DNA from: Candidatus Nitrospinota bacterium M3_3B_026
GTDB taxonomy: Bacteria > Nitrospinota_A > UBA7883 > JBPRGF01
DNA: 64,000 bases
Reading direction: 5' to 3'
Assembly (NCBI GenBank): GCA_051418015.1
Contig: JBPRGF010000014.1
Location: forward strand, 58,101 to 122,100
The notes beneath the pieces were generated by a model, which saw nothing but the letters and a program-made list of their open reading frames with translations, made no database searches and was not told the DNA's origin. Below are positions 18,351-28,193 of the stretch, piece after piece (the first letter of the stretch is position 1; every line of letters starts with the position of its first letter). The translations under genes were made by a program, and so were the position numbers.

Positions 18351-19539
18351 CTTGTTTGAGCTTGCGCAGGTAGTCCGCCATTATCCTCGCCGCCCGGTCC
18401 GCCGCGCCCGGCTCTCCCAGCGAGTCCCTCACTTTTTCAAGCTCGTTCCGGGCCTTCTCGCGCCTGCCCGCGTCCTCGAGAAAGGAAAGCGTTGTTTTGG
18501 CGATGTTCTTCGCCGTGACTTTGCGCTGGATGAGCTCCGGGACTATCTCCCGCCCCGCGATGAGGTTCGGCAGCCCGGCCCACTTTACGTGGCTCAATAG
18601 TTTAGCGAGAAAATAGGAGAGAGCATCGGCCTTGTAGACGATGACCATCGGCGTCCCCGCTATGGCCGCCTGGAGAGTGGACGTGCCGGACTTGCATATC
18701 AGGAAGTCGCAGGCGCTCATCACCTCCCACGTCCTGCCCCGAACCACCGCCGCCTCCACGCCGGCGGCCTCGACCTTTTCCCTTATATAAGAAGGGTCGA
18801 CCGACTCCGCGGCGGGGATGACCACCTTGACCGGCTTTTTCGCGCGGATGATCTTCACCGCGTCCAGCATCTCCGGCAGCATCCGCTCCACCTCCGCCTC
18901 CCGCGAGCCCGGCACAAGGCCCAGCAAAGTATGCCCCATCCCGGCGCCGAGTTCGGCCCGCAGGGCGGCCCTGTCCTCCACGGGCTCAAGCTCGTCCAGC
19001 AGGGGGTGGCCGACGAAATGGGCGTTCACACCCCGGCGGATGTAAAACTCCTCCTCGAAGGGGAAGGCCACGATCATGAGATCCACATATCGTTTTATCG
19101 TCTTCACCCTCCCCCTGCGCCAGGCCCAGACCTGCGGGCAGACGTAGTAGAAAACCGGTGTGGCGGAATTCTCGGCGGCCTTGGCGAGGCGGAGGTTGAA
19201 CTCGGGATAGTCGATCAGGACGATGGCGTCATACTCCCCCGCGGCGGCCTTTTCCTTGAGCTTGCCGAGGACGTCGAAGAAGAAGCGGAACCTGCCGGCC
19301 ATGGAGCCGAGCCCCACGGACGACATCTCGGTGACATCGAAGAAAGTCGTTCCCCCCGCCTGCCTCATGCGCCCTCCGCCGATCCCTTCCACCCGCAGAC
19401 CTTCGATGAGCCTCTTCAGGCTTCTAGTGATCTGGGCCGCGTAGACGTCGCCGGACTCCTCCCCCGCGACGACAAGGATCTTCTCGGCGGCGGGCTTTGC
19501 GAGGCCGGGTTTTATCAGATCATGAAACGGATCTGCCAT
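18346..19539 (-). CDS. lpxB: Lipid-A-disaccharide synthase
   Basis: 'ILVVAGEESGDVYAA', 'VLIDYPEFNLRLAK', 'YVCPQVWAWR', 'GLVPGSR' and 'CKSGTSTLQAAIAGTPMVIVYK' are LpxB (GT19) hallmarks. 397 aa. Confidence 0.9.
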   Translation of the reverse strand: MADPFHDLIKPGLAKPAAEKILVVAGEESGDVYAAQITRSLKRLIEGLRVEGIGGGRMRQAGGTTFFDVTEMSSVGLGSMAGRFRFFFDVLGKLKEKAAAGEYDAIVLIDYPEFNLRLAKAAENSATPVFYYVCPQVWAWRRGRVKTIKRYVDLMIVAFPFEEEFYIRRGVNAHFVGHPLLDELEPVEDRAALRAELGAGMGHTLLGLVPGSREAEVERMLPEMLDAVKIIRAKKPVKVVIPAAESVDPSYIREKVEAAGVEAAVVRGRTWEVMSACDFLICKSGTSTLQAAIAGTPMVIVYKADALSYFLAKLLSHVKWAGLPNLIAGREIVPELIQRKVTAKNIAKTTLSFLEDAGRREKARNELEKVRDSLGEPGAADRAARIMADYLRKLKQA

Positions 19540-20219
19540 ACCCTGTAGAAAGCCTCGAAAAATATTGTCCAGGACATCTTGGACTTGCCACCCTCCCTGT
19601 CCTTGAAGACTATCGGAATCTCCTTTATCTTAAACCCTTTTTTGCTCGCCCTGTAGGTCATCTCTATCTGGAAGGAATAACCCTCGGAGCGGACCTCGTC
19701 CAGGGGCAGCGACTCCAGGATCCTCCGCCGGAAACATTTGAAGCCCCCCGTGAGGTCGCGGTATGGCAGGGAGAGTATGATCCTGGAATAGAGGCTTCCT
19801 CCCATGGATATGATCTTGCGGAAGAAAGGCCAGTTCTCCACGCCGCCGCCCTCCACGTAGCGGGAGCCTATGACAAGATCCGCCTCGCGCGCCGCCTCCA
19901 GGAAATCGGGGAGGTAGGCCGGGTCGTGGGAGAAATCGGCGTCCATCTCGAATATGTATTCGAACCCGTGTTCCAGGGCGTGCTTGAACCCGGCGATGTA
20001 CGCCGTGCCCAGACCGAGCTTGCCAGGCCTGCGCAGAAGGCGGACGCGCTCGTCTTTTTCCGACAGCCTTTCCACGAGGCCGCCCGTGCCGTCGGGAGAG
20101 TTGTCGTCCACCACCAGGACGGAGGCTTCGGGGAGCCTGTCGTGTATCGCGCCGATAAGCCTTTCTATGTTCTCTATCTCGTTGTAGGTCGGGATGATGA
20201 CAAGGGTTTGGGAATTCAT
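19515..20219 (-). CDS. GT2-family polyprenyl-phosphate glycosyltransferase (dolichol-phosphate mannosyltransferase-like)
   Basis: 'LVIIPTYNEIENI', 'VVDDNSPDGT', 'GLGTAYIAGF', 'FEMDADFSHDP'. Start at MNSQTL inside the longer ORF. 3' overlap with lpxB indicates an operon. Confidence 0.85.
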   Translation of the reverse strand: MNSQTLVIIPTYNEIENIERLIGAIHDRLPEASVLVVDDNSPDGTGGLVERLSEKDERVRLLRRPGKLGLGTAYIAGFKHALEHGFEYIFEMDADFSHDPAYLPDFLEAAREADLVIGSRYVEGGGVENWPFFRKIISMGGSLYSRIILSLPYRDLTGGFKCFRRRILESLPLDEVRSEGYSFQIEMTYRASKKGFKIKEIPIVFKDREGGKSKMSWTIFFEAFYRVWQIRFMI

Positions 20220-20397
20220 AGGAGGGCATTTTAAGGTAAAGAGCCGCTGGAGGGCAATCACGGAGAGAGGAGCGTCAAAATTCCGTCTATCAAGTTATCC
20301 TGAAACTCTCCGACAATTAGGGTGTAATCTCAACGTGGCCAGGCCCCAGAGCGCCTGAAACTGGATCTACATTAATAACGTCGATTACGTTTGAACG

Positions 20398-21000
20398 ATG
20401 GCGATTCGCATGAAACCTGCCGTGGCTTTCAGTCTTGTTCCGGTTCTCCTGCTGGCCTTCCTCGGAGCCTGCGCGCTGCTGGAGCGGGATTTCACGGCAA
20501 GCAAGGCCGAGGCGCTGAACAGGGAAATAGGAAAGGTCGCCATAGAGCTCGCCAACCGCCTGCGTGAGTTCGACCCCACGGACAAGACCATAGCCGTCGC
20601 CACATTCGTCGAGCTGGACCGGCTGGAGAGCACATCCTCCTTCGGCAGGCTGGTAGCCGAGCGGCTCGCCGCGGAGCTTTACAAGCTCGGCTTCAGGGTC
20701 CGCGAGCTGCGGCAGATGAGCGAGGTGGAGATCGTCCCGGATAAGGGCGAGCTGGCCCTCTCCCGCCGGGCGGAGCGGCTTGTGAAAAAATACCGGGTGG
20801 ACGCGCTGGTCACGGGCACCTACGCCATGGTCGGCGACGAGGTGATGGTCAGCGCCCGGCTTTTGAGCGTGGACACGGCAAGGGTGGTCTCCGTGGGCAA
20901 GATGGTGGCCCACGCGAGGATGAACTCCTACATCCATGATCTTCTGACCCGCCGGTCCGAGGCGAGCGCGCCGGTGGTGAGGGTGCACGGCGATGAGTAG
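20398..21000 (+). CDS. Lipoprotein with FlgO/TolB-N-like domain (paralog 1 of 3)
   Basis: Signal peptide plus lipobox 'LAFLGAC'. Shared motif 'IAVATFVELDRLESTSSFGRLVAERLAAELYKLGFRVRE...GELALSR...VDALVTGTYAMVGDEVMVSARLLSVDT'. Confidence 0.55.
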   Translation: MAIRMKPAVAFSLVPVLLLAFLGACALLERDFTASKAEALNREIGKVAIELANRLREFDPTDKTIAVATFVELDRLESTSSFGRLVAERLAAELYKLGFRVRELRQMSEVEIVPDKGELALSRRAERLVKKYRVDALVTGTYAMVGDEVMVSARLLSVDTARVVSVGKMVAHARMNSYIHDLLTRRSEASAPVVRVHGDE

Positions 21001-22189
21001 GGGGATCACAGGGATGAGCGCGAAACACTGGGCGGCTCTCGTCATGTCCGCCGTCATCGCCGCGGGATGCTACCCGTACCGCAAGGAGCCGGACTTCCAG
21101 AGCAGGCTCGTCCCTTCGCGGCCTTCCTATGGCGGGCAATATGAGTGGCCGCCATACTCGGCGATATACACCCAGCGCTTTGTCTGGAAGATGCGCTACA
21201 TGGCCGAGAGGCTGGCCGCCGGGATGCCCGAGGGGGAAAGGGAGAGAACGCCCCTGCTCATGACCACCATGGCGCCGGCGGACGACATCTACCGCGGGAC
21301 GAGCTTCGGCAGGCTTGTCACCGAGACGCTGATGACGGAGCTTTCCGCGCAGGGGTTTGAGGTCATCGAGGCGAGAAAGATGGACGGCTACAAAATCCTC
21401 GACCACGAGGGCGAGTTCTATCTCTCCCGCGACGTCAAGAGGATAGCCGCCGAGCACGAGGCCGGCGCGGCCCTCGTCGGGACGTACTCCGAGTCCGGCG
21501 GCCAGGCCATCATAAACACCAGGATCATAGACACAAGGCAAGGCAGGGTCATCGCCGCCGCCACGGCCATGATGGACATACGCGGCGACAGGTTCCTCGG
21601 GCCGATCCTGACCGGGGATGGCGCTGGCGGGACAGGCGCCGAAACGCCGGAGATAGCCACGCGCAAGAAGGTGATGCCCGCCGAGGATCCATACTCCGAG
21701 GTGTTGCGGGACATGGCCCGCGATATGGCCTATGACGTGGCCGAGGCGGCCGCGGGCGAGGCGGGCCGGGCGCCGGTCATCGCCGTCGCCACCTTTGTGG
21801 ACGTGGACAACATGTACCGCGCCGCCACCTTCGGAAGGTACATTACGGAGCTTCTGATGGAGAACCTCTCCTCCATGGGCCACGAGGTGCTCGAGCTTCG
21901 CGCCGCGCCGGAGGTGTTCGTCGACCTGCGGATAGGCGAGCTTGCCCTGACCAGGGAGATGAGCCAGCTCGTCGGCTCGACCGGCGCCGGCGCGGTCGTC
22001 CTCGGCACCTACACCAAGGCCGGCGACAAGGTGATGGTCAGCGCCAGGATGGTCGTGAAAAAGACGAAGAGAGTTATCGGCGTGGGGAGCATGACGGTGG
22101 ACGCGGGCGAAGAGAACGAGTTCGTCGCGGCGCTTCTGAAAAACGAGATAGCCGCCGTTCCACCAACCGAGACCGTGGAGGGTTTTTGA
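20993..22189 (+). CDS. Lipoprotein with two tandem FlgO/TolB-N-like domains (paralog 2)
   Basis: Lipobox 'IAAGC'. Two copies of the motif ('LLMTTMAPADDIYRGTSFGRLVTETLMTELSAQGFEV..GAALVGTYSESGGQAIINTRIIDT' and 'VIAVATFVDVDNMYRAATFGRYITELLMENLSSMGHEV..GAVVLGTYTKAGDKVMVSARMV'). ATGAGTAG start/stop overlap with the upstream paralog. Confidence 0.55.
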   Translation: MSRGITGMSAKHWAALVMSAVIAAGCYPYRKEPDFQSRLVPSRPSYGGQYEWPPYSAIYTQRFVWKMRYMAERLAAGMPEGERERTPLLMTTMAPADDIYRGTSFGRLVTETLMTELSAQGFEVIEARKMDGYKILDHEGEFYLSRDVKRIAAEHEAGAALVGTYSESGGQAIINTRIIDTRQGRVIAAATAMMDIRGDRFLGPILTGDGAGGTGAETPEIATRKKVMPAEDPYSEVLRDMARDMAYDVAEAAAGEAGRAPVIAVATFVDVDNMYRAATFGRYITELLMENLSSMGHEVLELRAAPEVFVDLRIGELALTREMSQLVGSTGAGAVVLGTYTKAGDKVMVSARMVVKKTKRVIGVGSMTVDAGEENEFVAALLKNEIAAVPPTETVEGF

Positions 22190-22190
22190 G

Positions 22191-22745
22191 ATGAAAGCGG
22201 CAAGACTCATCGCGGGACTCTTGTTCGCGGCGGCCGCGCTTTCCGGCTGCGCGGGGCTCGCGGCGGCCCCGAAACGCGCCGTGGGGCCGGCGCCGGACGA
22301 CCAGTTCGGCGCGATGTACCTGGCCTACACGATCAAGGGCCAACTCCGCCACAGGGAGGTGATGGACCAGCCTATCGTCGTCACCACCTTCGTCGACCTG
22401 AACAACCTGGCCAGGTCATCGGTCTTCGGCAGGGTCCTGGCGGAGAAGCTGCTGACGGAGCTTCACCTGGCGGGGTTCACGGTGTCGGAGATAAGAAAAG
22501 GCAGGGACATCTTCATCCGCAAGGAGTTGGGGGAGCTTATCCTCTCCCGCGACTCCAGGGAGATACTGGGCAAGTCGAGGGCGCGGGCCGCCCTGGCGGG
22601 GACCTACGTGGCCACGGAGGATTCCGTGATAGTCAACGCAAGGCTCATAGACGTGGGCAGCCCGCTGATCCTCTCCTCCTGCTCCTACAATCTCCCCATG
22701 ACGGGTGAGCTTCAGAAACTTTTGACGGGCGAGGCCCCGTTTTAG
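22191..22745 (+). CDS. Lipoprotein with FlgO/TolB-N-like domain (paralog 3)
   Basis: Lipobox 'ALSGC'. 'IVVTTFVDLNNLARSSVFGRVLAEKLLTELHLAGFTV..AALAGTYVATEDSVIVNARLIDV'. Starts 1 nt after the upstream stop. Confidence 0.55.
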   Translation: MKAARLIAGLLFAAAALSGCAGLAAAPKRAVGPAPDDQFGAMYLAYTIKGQLRHREVMDQPIVVTTFVDLNNLARSSVFGRVLAEKLLTELHLAGFTVSEIRKGRDIFIRKELGELILSRDSREILGKSRARAALAGTYVATEDSVIVNARLIDVGSPLILSSCSYNLPMTGELQKLLTGEAPF

Positions 22746-22769
22746 AAGATGAGCCGAGGAGACTGGAAA

Positions 22770-23327
22770 ATGAGAGTTTTTGAGCTTGCGGTGGCGGTCT
22801 TCTTCGTCGCGGCCCTCGCCGCGCCGCCGGCCTTCGCCAACGGTGTCCCGGAGAGCGCGACGCCCGCCGACGGGGCCATGGCCGGGAGCGCGGAGGCAAA
22901 AGAGATGAAAAAGACCGAAAGCGCGGGGCCGACGCCGCCCTCCGCGGAAGCGGACCAGGAGATAACCCCCCCGGTGAGCGGCGCGGGGGCGGAGGCCGTC
23001 GCCCCGGCAGTGAGCGGGGAGGGGACGACCGAGAGGAGGATCGGCGTCGTTACCACGTCCCCCATGCCGCCGACGATACGCAAGGTCTCCGTGCTTATAG
23101 AGTCGTCCCCCTCGAATTGCGACATCGAGATAGACGGCGTGTACGTGGGGTCTACACCGGTACAGCTTTCGCTAAAAGAGGGCGTGCACCACGTCAAGAT
23201 ATCGAGGGAGGGGTACCTCCCCTGGGCGAAGGCGGTGAAGGCTTACCACGGCCTTTATGTGAACCCGGCGCTGGTCAGCGAGTCGGCCCGCTCCGCGGAC
23301 ATCAAGGAAAGCGCGAGCGCCAGGTGA
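22770..23327 (+). CDS. Secreted PEGA-domain protein
   Basis: GGAGA RBS before ATG 22770. Signal peptide 'MRVFELAVAVFFVAALAAPPAFA'. Ala/Pro/Glu-rich linker, then PEGA fold 'NCDIEIDGVYVGSTPVQLSLKEGVHHVKISREGYLPW'. Confidence 0.68.
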   Translation: MRVFELAVAVFFVAALAAPPAFANGVPESATPADGAMAGSAEAKEMKKTESAGPTPPSAEADQEITPPVSGAGAEAVAPAVSGEGTTERRIGVVTTSPMPPTIRKVSVLIESSPSNCDIEIDGVYVGSTPVQLSLKEGVHHVKISREGYLPWAKAVKAYHGLYVNPALVSESARSADIKESASAR

Positions 23328-23352
23328 CGCCTTTAGCGGCGCGCCGGGCTTG

Positions 23353-24243
23353 TCATTCCTCCTCGGCCAGCCTCCGAAGGTATTCGCCGTACTCGTTCTT
23401 GCTCAAGGGGTCGGCAAGCCTCAGGAGCTGGTCTTTGTCTATGTAGCCCATCCTGTAGGCCACCTCCTCAACGCAGGCCACCTTGAGCCCCTGCCTGTTC
23501 TCGATGGTCTCGATGAAGTTCGCCGCCTCCAGCAGCGACTGGCTGGTGCCTGTGTCGAGCCATGCGACCCCCCGCCCCAGTACCCGCACGTCCAGGTCGC
23601 CGCGCTCGAGGTAGACGTTGTTGATGTCGGTGATCTCAAGCTCGCCCCGGACGGAGGGTTTCAGCCCCGCGGCTATCTCCACGACGTCGTTGTCGTAGTA
23701 GTAGAGCCCCGTGACGGCGAAATGGGACTTGGGATTTTCCGGCTTTTCCACGATCTTCTCCGGCCTGCCGTCCTTTGAAAGCTCCACCACCCCGTAACGG
23801 CTCGGGTCGCGCACCCAGTAGCCGAATATGGTGGCGCCGGATTCCCTGGCCGCGGCCTTTTTCATGGTCTCGGGCAGCCCCTCGCCGTAGAAAAGATTGT
23901 CACCCAGGATCATGATGACGGGATCGGAGCCTATGAACTCCCGCCCGATGATGAAAGCCTGCGCCAGCCCCTCGGGCCTGGGCTGTATGGCGTAGGATAT
24001 ATCGAGGCCCAGCTGCGAGCCGTCCCCTAAAAGCCGCTCGAAGCCGCTCTTGTCCTCGGGGGTGGTTATAATAAGTACCCGCCGGACGCCGGAGAGCATC
24101 AGCGTGGAGAGGGGATAGTAGATCATCGGCTTGTCGTACACCGGCAGAAGCTGCTTGCTGCCCGTCAGGGTCAGCGGATACAGCCTCGTCCCGGCGCCGC
24201 CGGCGAGGATTATCCCTTTTCTTCCTGTTTCGCTTTCACTCAT
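23353..24243 (-). CDS. rfbA: Glucose-1-phosphate thymidylyltransferase
   Basis: '[16 protein letters not shown]...[25 protein letters not shown]', 'GLAQAF', 'ILGDNLFYG', '[18 protein letters not shown]'. Confidence 0.95.
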   Translation of the reverse strand: MSESETGRKGIILAGGAGTRLYPLTLTGSKQLLPVYDKPMIYYPLSTLMLSGVRRVLIITTPEDKSGFERLLGDGSQLGLDISYAIQPRPEGLAQAFIIGREFIGSDPVIMILGDNLFYGEGLPETMKKAAARESGATIFGYWVRDPSRYGVVELSKDGRPEKIVEKPENPKSHFAVTGLYYYDNDVVEIAAGLKPSVRGELEITDINNVYLERGDLDVRVLGRGVAWLDTGTSQSLLEAANFIETIENRQGLKVACVEEVAYRMGYIDKDQLLRLADPLSKNEYGEYLRRLAEEE

Positions 24244-24369
24244 GGAAAACCGTCAGTTTTGTTTTGAAAACACCGCGGAAAAGATTGTAACATCACGCGA
24301 GCGGCTGATCGCTCATTATACACAGCCCGCTCGCCTCGAATCCATGGCATACCCATTATGGCGCGTTGA

Positions 24370-26487
24370 ATGGCTTCGCCGGAAAAGGACCTGGCCCGGC
24401 CGGTCCAGTACCTGAAAGGGGTGGGCCCGAAACGGGCCGGGCTTTTCGAAAAGCTCGGCGTCCGGACGATAGAGGACCTGCTGTTCTACCTCCCCCAAAG
24501 GTACGAGGACCGCTCCCGTCTCAAGACCATCGCCGAGCTTGAGCCGGACACGGTGGAGACCGTCCGGGCCGCGGTGAAATCCGCCTCCGCCTCGGCGCGC
24601 AGGGGCAGACGGCGTGTCTTCGAGGCGGCCTTCGCGGACAAAACTGGGGTGTTGCGCGCCACGTGGTTTCATTACCACTCCGCGAAGGCTTTCCTGAGCA
24701 GGTTCAGGTTCGGGTCGGAATGGATAGTCTCCGGCAAGGTCACCATCAACAGGCTTCGCGGTTCGAAGGAGATGATCCACCCTGAGACGGAGGAGGCGGC
24801 CGCGGGACGCGAGGAGGATTTTTTGAACCTCGGTAGGATAGTCCCCGTGTACGGCCTCACCGCGGGCCTTTCGCAAAGGGCCGTGCGGGCCGCCACGGCG
24901 GCGGCCATGCCATACGCCGCGCTCCTGGAGGACTTCGTCCCCGAAGAGCTGAACAGGCGCTACAATCTCCCCGGCCTGGCGGAAAGCGTCGCTCGCGTCC
25001 ACTGGCCGGAGATGGGGACGGACGTGGCGAAACTCGAAAACTTCCAGACCCGCGAGAGGAAAAAACTTGTCTTCAACGAGTTCTTCCTGCTCCAGGCCGG
25101 GCTGGCCCTGAATAAAAAGAGGATAAGACAGGAGCGCGAGGGGGTGGCGCTCAAGACCACGGACGAGCTGATGTCGAAGATATACTCCGTCTTCCCCTTC
25201 ACCCTGACCCGCGCCCAGAGGAGATCCATAGCCGCGATAGCGTCCGACATGTCGTCGAAAAAGCCGATGAACAGGCTCCTGCAAGGCGACGTCGGCTCCG
25301 GCAAGACGGCGGTGGCCCTCGCCGCCGCGCTGATCGCCGTCCGCAACAGGCGGCAGGCCGCCATCATGGCCCCCACGGAGATACTAGCCGCGCAGCATTT
25401 CAGGAATTTCCAGAAGCTGCTTGAGAAGACGAAAGTCAGGATGGAGCTTCTCACGTCGGGAGCGCCGTCGAAGAAGACCGTTTACGAAAAGATCGCCTCG
25501 GGCGAAATACACATAGCCGTCGGCACGCACGCGCTCATACAGGAAAAGGTGAAATTCCACTCCCTGGGTCTCGCGATAATAGACGAGCAGCACAGGTTCG
25601 GCGTGCGCCAGCGGGCGGAGCTGATAGGCAAAGGCGAGCCCGCCCACACCCTCATCATGACCGCCACGCCCATCCCCCGCACCCTGGCCATGACCCTGTA
25701 CGGCGACCTGGACGTTTCGGTCATCGACGAACTCCCGCCAGGCAGGGCCGCAATATCCACCACCGTCTTCCCGCCGGGCGGAAGGGGGGAAGCGGTGGGG
25801 ATCGTCCGCCGCGAGGTGGAGAAGGGCAGGCAGGCGTACATCGTCTGCCCGCTGGTGGAGGAGAGCGAGAAGCTCCAGCTCAAGGCCGCCACCGCCGTGT
25901 TCGAGCGGCTGTCGGGCGGGGAGTTCGCGGGTTTTCGCCTGGGGCTGATCCATGGCAGGATGAAAAGCGCGGAGAAGGACGGCGTGATGGAGAGGTTCAC
26001 GAGCGGCGCGATCGACATCCTCGTGGCGACGTCGGTCGTGGAGGTGGGGGTGGACCAGCCCAACGCCACGGCCATGATGATCGAGAGCGCCGACAGGTTC
26101 GGCCTATCCCAGCTGCACCAGCTGCGCGGCAGGGTGGGGCGGGCCAGCCACCGGTCGTACTGCCTGCTGATGGCGGACGCGCGGCCGGGGACGCCGGCGT
26201 GGAGAAGGCTCAAGGTGATGGAGAAGACAACCGATGGGTTCAGGATTGCCGAGGAGGACCTTGCCTTGAGGGGCGCGGGCGACCTTTTCGGCGAGAGACA
26301 ATGGGGGCTGCCCGCCCTGCGGGTGGGGGACATCGTAAGAGATCACAAGATTCTCGCCGCGGCCAGGGAGGCGGCTTTCGACATCATAAAACGCGACTCC
26401 GGCCTGGCCGCCCCGGAGAGCAGAAAGCTCCGCGAGGCCGTGAAAAAGGCCTGGACGGGCCGTTTCAAGCTCGGCGAGGTAGGATAA
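24370..26487 (+). CDS. recG: ATP-dependent DNA helicase RecG
   Basis: Wedge domain, then SF2 motifs 'LLQGDVGSGKT', 'DEQHRFG', 'TATPIPRT', 'VATSVVEVGVDQPNA', 'QLRGRVGR'. 705 aa. Confidence 0.95.
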   Translation: MASPEKDLARPVQYLKGVGPKRAGLFEKLGVRTIEDLLFYLPQRYEDRSRLKTIAELEPDTVETVRAAVKSASASARRGRRRVFEAAFADKTGVLRATWFHYHSAKAFLSRFRFGSEWIVSGKVTINRLRGSKEMIHPETEEAAAGREEDFLNLGRIVPVYGLTAGLSQRAVRAATAAAMPYAALLEDFVPEELNRRYNLPGLAESVARVHWPEMGTDVAKLENFQTRERKKLVFNEFFLLQAGLALNKKRIRQEREGVALKTTDELMSKIYSVFPFTLTRAQRRSIAAIASDMSSKKPMNRLLQGDVGSGKTAVALAAALIAVRNRRQAAIMAPTEILAAQHFRNFQKLLEKTKVRMELLTSGAPSKKTVYEKIASGEIHIAVGTHALIQEKVKFHSLGLAIIDEQHRFGVRQRAELIGKGEPAHTLIMTATPIPRTLAMTLYGDLDVSVIDELPPGRAAISTTVFPPGGRGEAVGIVRREVEKGRQAYIVCPLVEESEKLQLKAATAVFERLSGGEFAGFRLGLIHGRMKSAEKDGVMERFTSGAIDILVATSVVEVGVDQPNATAMMIESADRFGLSQLHQLRGRVGRASHRSYCLLMADARPGTPAWRRLKVMEKTTDGFRIAEEDLALRGAGDLFGERQWGLPALRVGDIVRDHKILAAAREAAFDIIKRDSGLAAPESRKLREAVKKAWTGRFKLGEVG

Positions 26488-26580
26488 ACAGGGAGACGGC
26501 GGGCGATGTTTGGATATAATTGTCCCTTCGCGGCGTGAAGCCTCGCGGGATGATTTGAACAGCATGATGGAAAAGAGCGA

Positions 26581-27600
26581 ATGACAAAAGACAATAAAGA
26601 AGGCGCCCCGGCGAAGCGAAGCTGGCTCGTGACGGGCTGCGCCGGGTTCATCGGCTCCCACATAGTCGAAAGGCTCCTCTCGGACGGCCATGCGGTGCGG
26701 GGGATCGACGACCTTTCCACGGGGTCTAAGGAGAATGTCGAGGAAGCTTTGAGGAACGCGGGTGAAGACGCCGCGGGCCGCTTCACCTTCGTGGAGGGGG
26801 ACATCCTGGACGAGGCCAGGCTGGAGGAGGCGATGAGGGGGACGGAGGTCGTCCTCCACCAGGCGGCCCTGGGCTCCGTCCCGCGCTCCATCGAGGAGCC
26901 TTTGAAGACCACCAGGGCGAACGTGGACGGCTTCGTGGCCGTCGTGAAGGCGGCCGTGGACGGGGGAGTGAGACGGGTCGTTTATGCCTCCTCCTCGTCG
27001 GTCTATGGCGACCACCCGGACCTGCCCAAGGTGGAGGAGAGGATCGGCTCTCCCCTTTCCCCCTACGCCGCCAGCAAGCTCGCCGACGAGGTCTTCGCCG
27101 AGGCTCTCACGAGCTCCTATGGCGTGGAGCTTGTCGGCCTGCGCTACTTCAACGTCTTCGGCCCGCGCCAGAGCCCGGAAGGGCCCTACGCCGCCGTCAT
27201 ACCGCGATGGATAGACACCCTGCTCGAAGGCGGCCGGCCGATAATAAACGGCGACCCGGAGATATCCCGAGACTTCACCTACATAGACAACGCCGTGGAG
27301 GCCAACATCCTGGCCGCCGAAACGCGAAAAGGCGTCAACACCTCCTACAACATCGCCGCCGGGGAGCGGACGACGCTGGCCCAGCTCCTCGACGGTATAC
27401 TCGAGGCCATGATGGAGGCAGGCGCGCTGAAGGAGCGCCCGGAGCCGGTTCTGGGCTCTCCCCGTCCCGGCGACGTGAAACACTCCCTGGCGGATATATC
27501 GAAGGCCAGGGCTGGCCTTGGCTACGAGCCGCGCGTCGGCCTGAAGGAGGGGCTCCGCCGGACGGTTCGATGGAGCGTCTCCAGGGAGGCGGGTGGTTGA
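26581..27600 (+). CDS. NAD-dependent UDP-sugar 4-epimerase (WbpP/CapD-like SDR)
   Basis: 'WLVTGCAGFIGSH' Rossmann motif, catalytic 'YAASKLADE' (YxxxK), and an extended-SDR C-terminal domain. Confidence 0.85.
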   Translation: MTKDNKEGAPAKRSWLVTGCAGFIGSHIVERLLSDGHAVRGIDDLSTGSKENVEEALRNAGEDAAGRFTFVEGDILDEARLEEAMRGTEVVLHQAALGSVPRSIEEPLKTTRANVDGFVAVVKAAVDGGVRRVVYASSSSVYGDHPDLPKVEERIGSPLSPYAASKLADEVFAEALTSSYGVELVGLRYFNVFGPRQSPEGPYAAVIPRWIDTLLEGGRPIINGDPEISRDFTYIDNAVEANILAAETRKGVNTSYNIAAGERTTLAQLLDGILEAMMEAGALKERPEPVLGSPRPGDVKHSLADISKARAGLGYEPRVGLKEGLRRTVRWSVSREAGG

Positions 27601-28193
27601 GGCTCGTTTTGGCGTCGTCCTCGCCCAGGAGGGCGCGTCTGTTGAAAGAGGCGGGGTTTTCTTTCGACATAGCGCCGTCGTCCGCGCCGGAGGATATAAA
27701 CCCGTCCCTCGGGCCGGGGAAGAACGCGCGCCTCATCGCCATCCGCAAGGCCGGGGACGTGGCGGCCTCGCGCCCGGACGACGCCGTCCTGGCGGCGGAT
27801 ACGATGGTCGTCGTGGACGGGAGAATCCTGGGAAAACCGGTGGACGAAAATGACGCGAGGCGCATGTTGAAAAAACTTTCGGGAAGGGAGCACAAGGTCA
27901 TCACCGGCGTGGCCGTCATATGCCCCGCCCGGCGGGAAGAATGGAGCCACGTGGAGGTATCCCGCGTGCGGTTCCGGAAAGTACCGGAGAAGGCCGTTGA
28001 GGAATACGTCGAAAGCGGCGAGCCGATGGACAAGGCGGGAGGCTACGCCATCCAGGGCGGGGCGGGTGAGTGGATCGAAGGATACGAGGGAAGCCTGACG
28101 AACATTATCGGCCTGCCTATGGAGCCGTTGCTCGAGGAGCTTGAAAGGCTCGGGTTCGAAACAAGCCGCGGAGGGGGCGAATCATGCCGCTGA
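27570..28193 (+). CDS. maf: Maf-family nucleoside triphosphate pyrophosphatase
   Basis: 'LVLASSSPRRARLL', 'AADTMVVVDGRILGKP', 'HKVITGVAV', 'GGYAIQG'. ATG 27570 chosen; a TTGA start/stop overlap at 27597 is an alternative. Confidence 0.85.
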   Translation: MERLQGGGWLRLVLASSSPRRARLLKEAGFSFDIAPSSAPEDINPSLGPGKNARLIAIRKAGDVAASRPDDAVLAADTMVVVDGRILGKPVDENDARRMLKKLSGREHKVITGVAVICPARREEWSHVEVSRVRFRKVPEKAVEEYVESGEPMDKAGGYAIQGGAGEWIEGYEGSLTNIIGLPMEPLLEELERLGFETSRGGGESCR

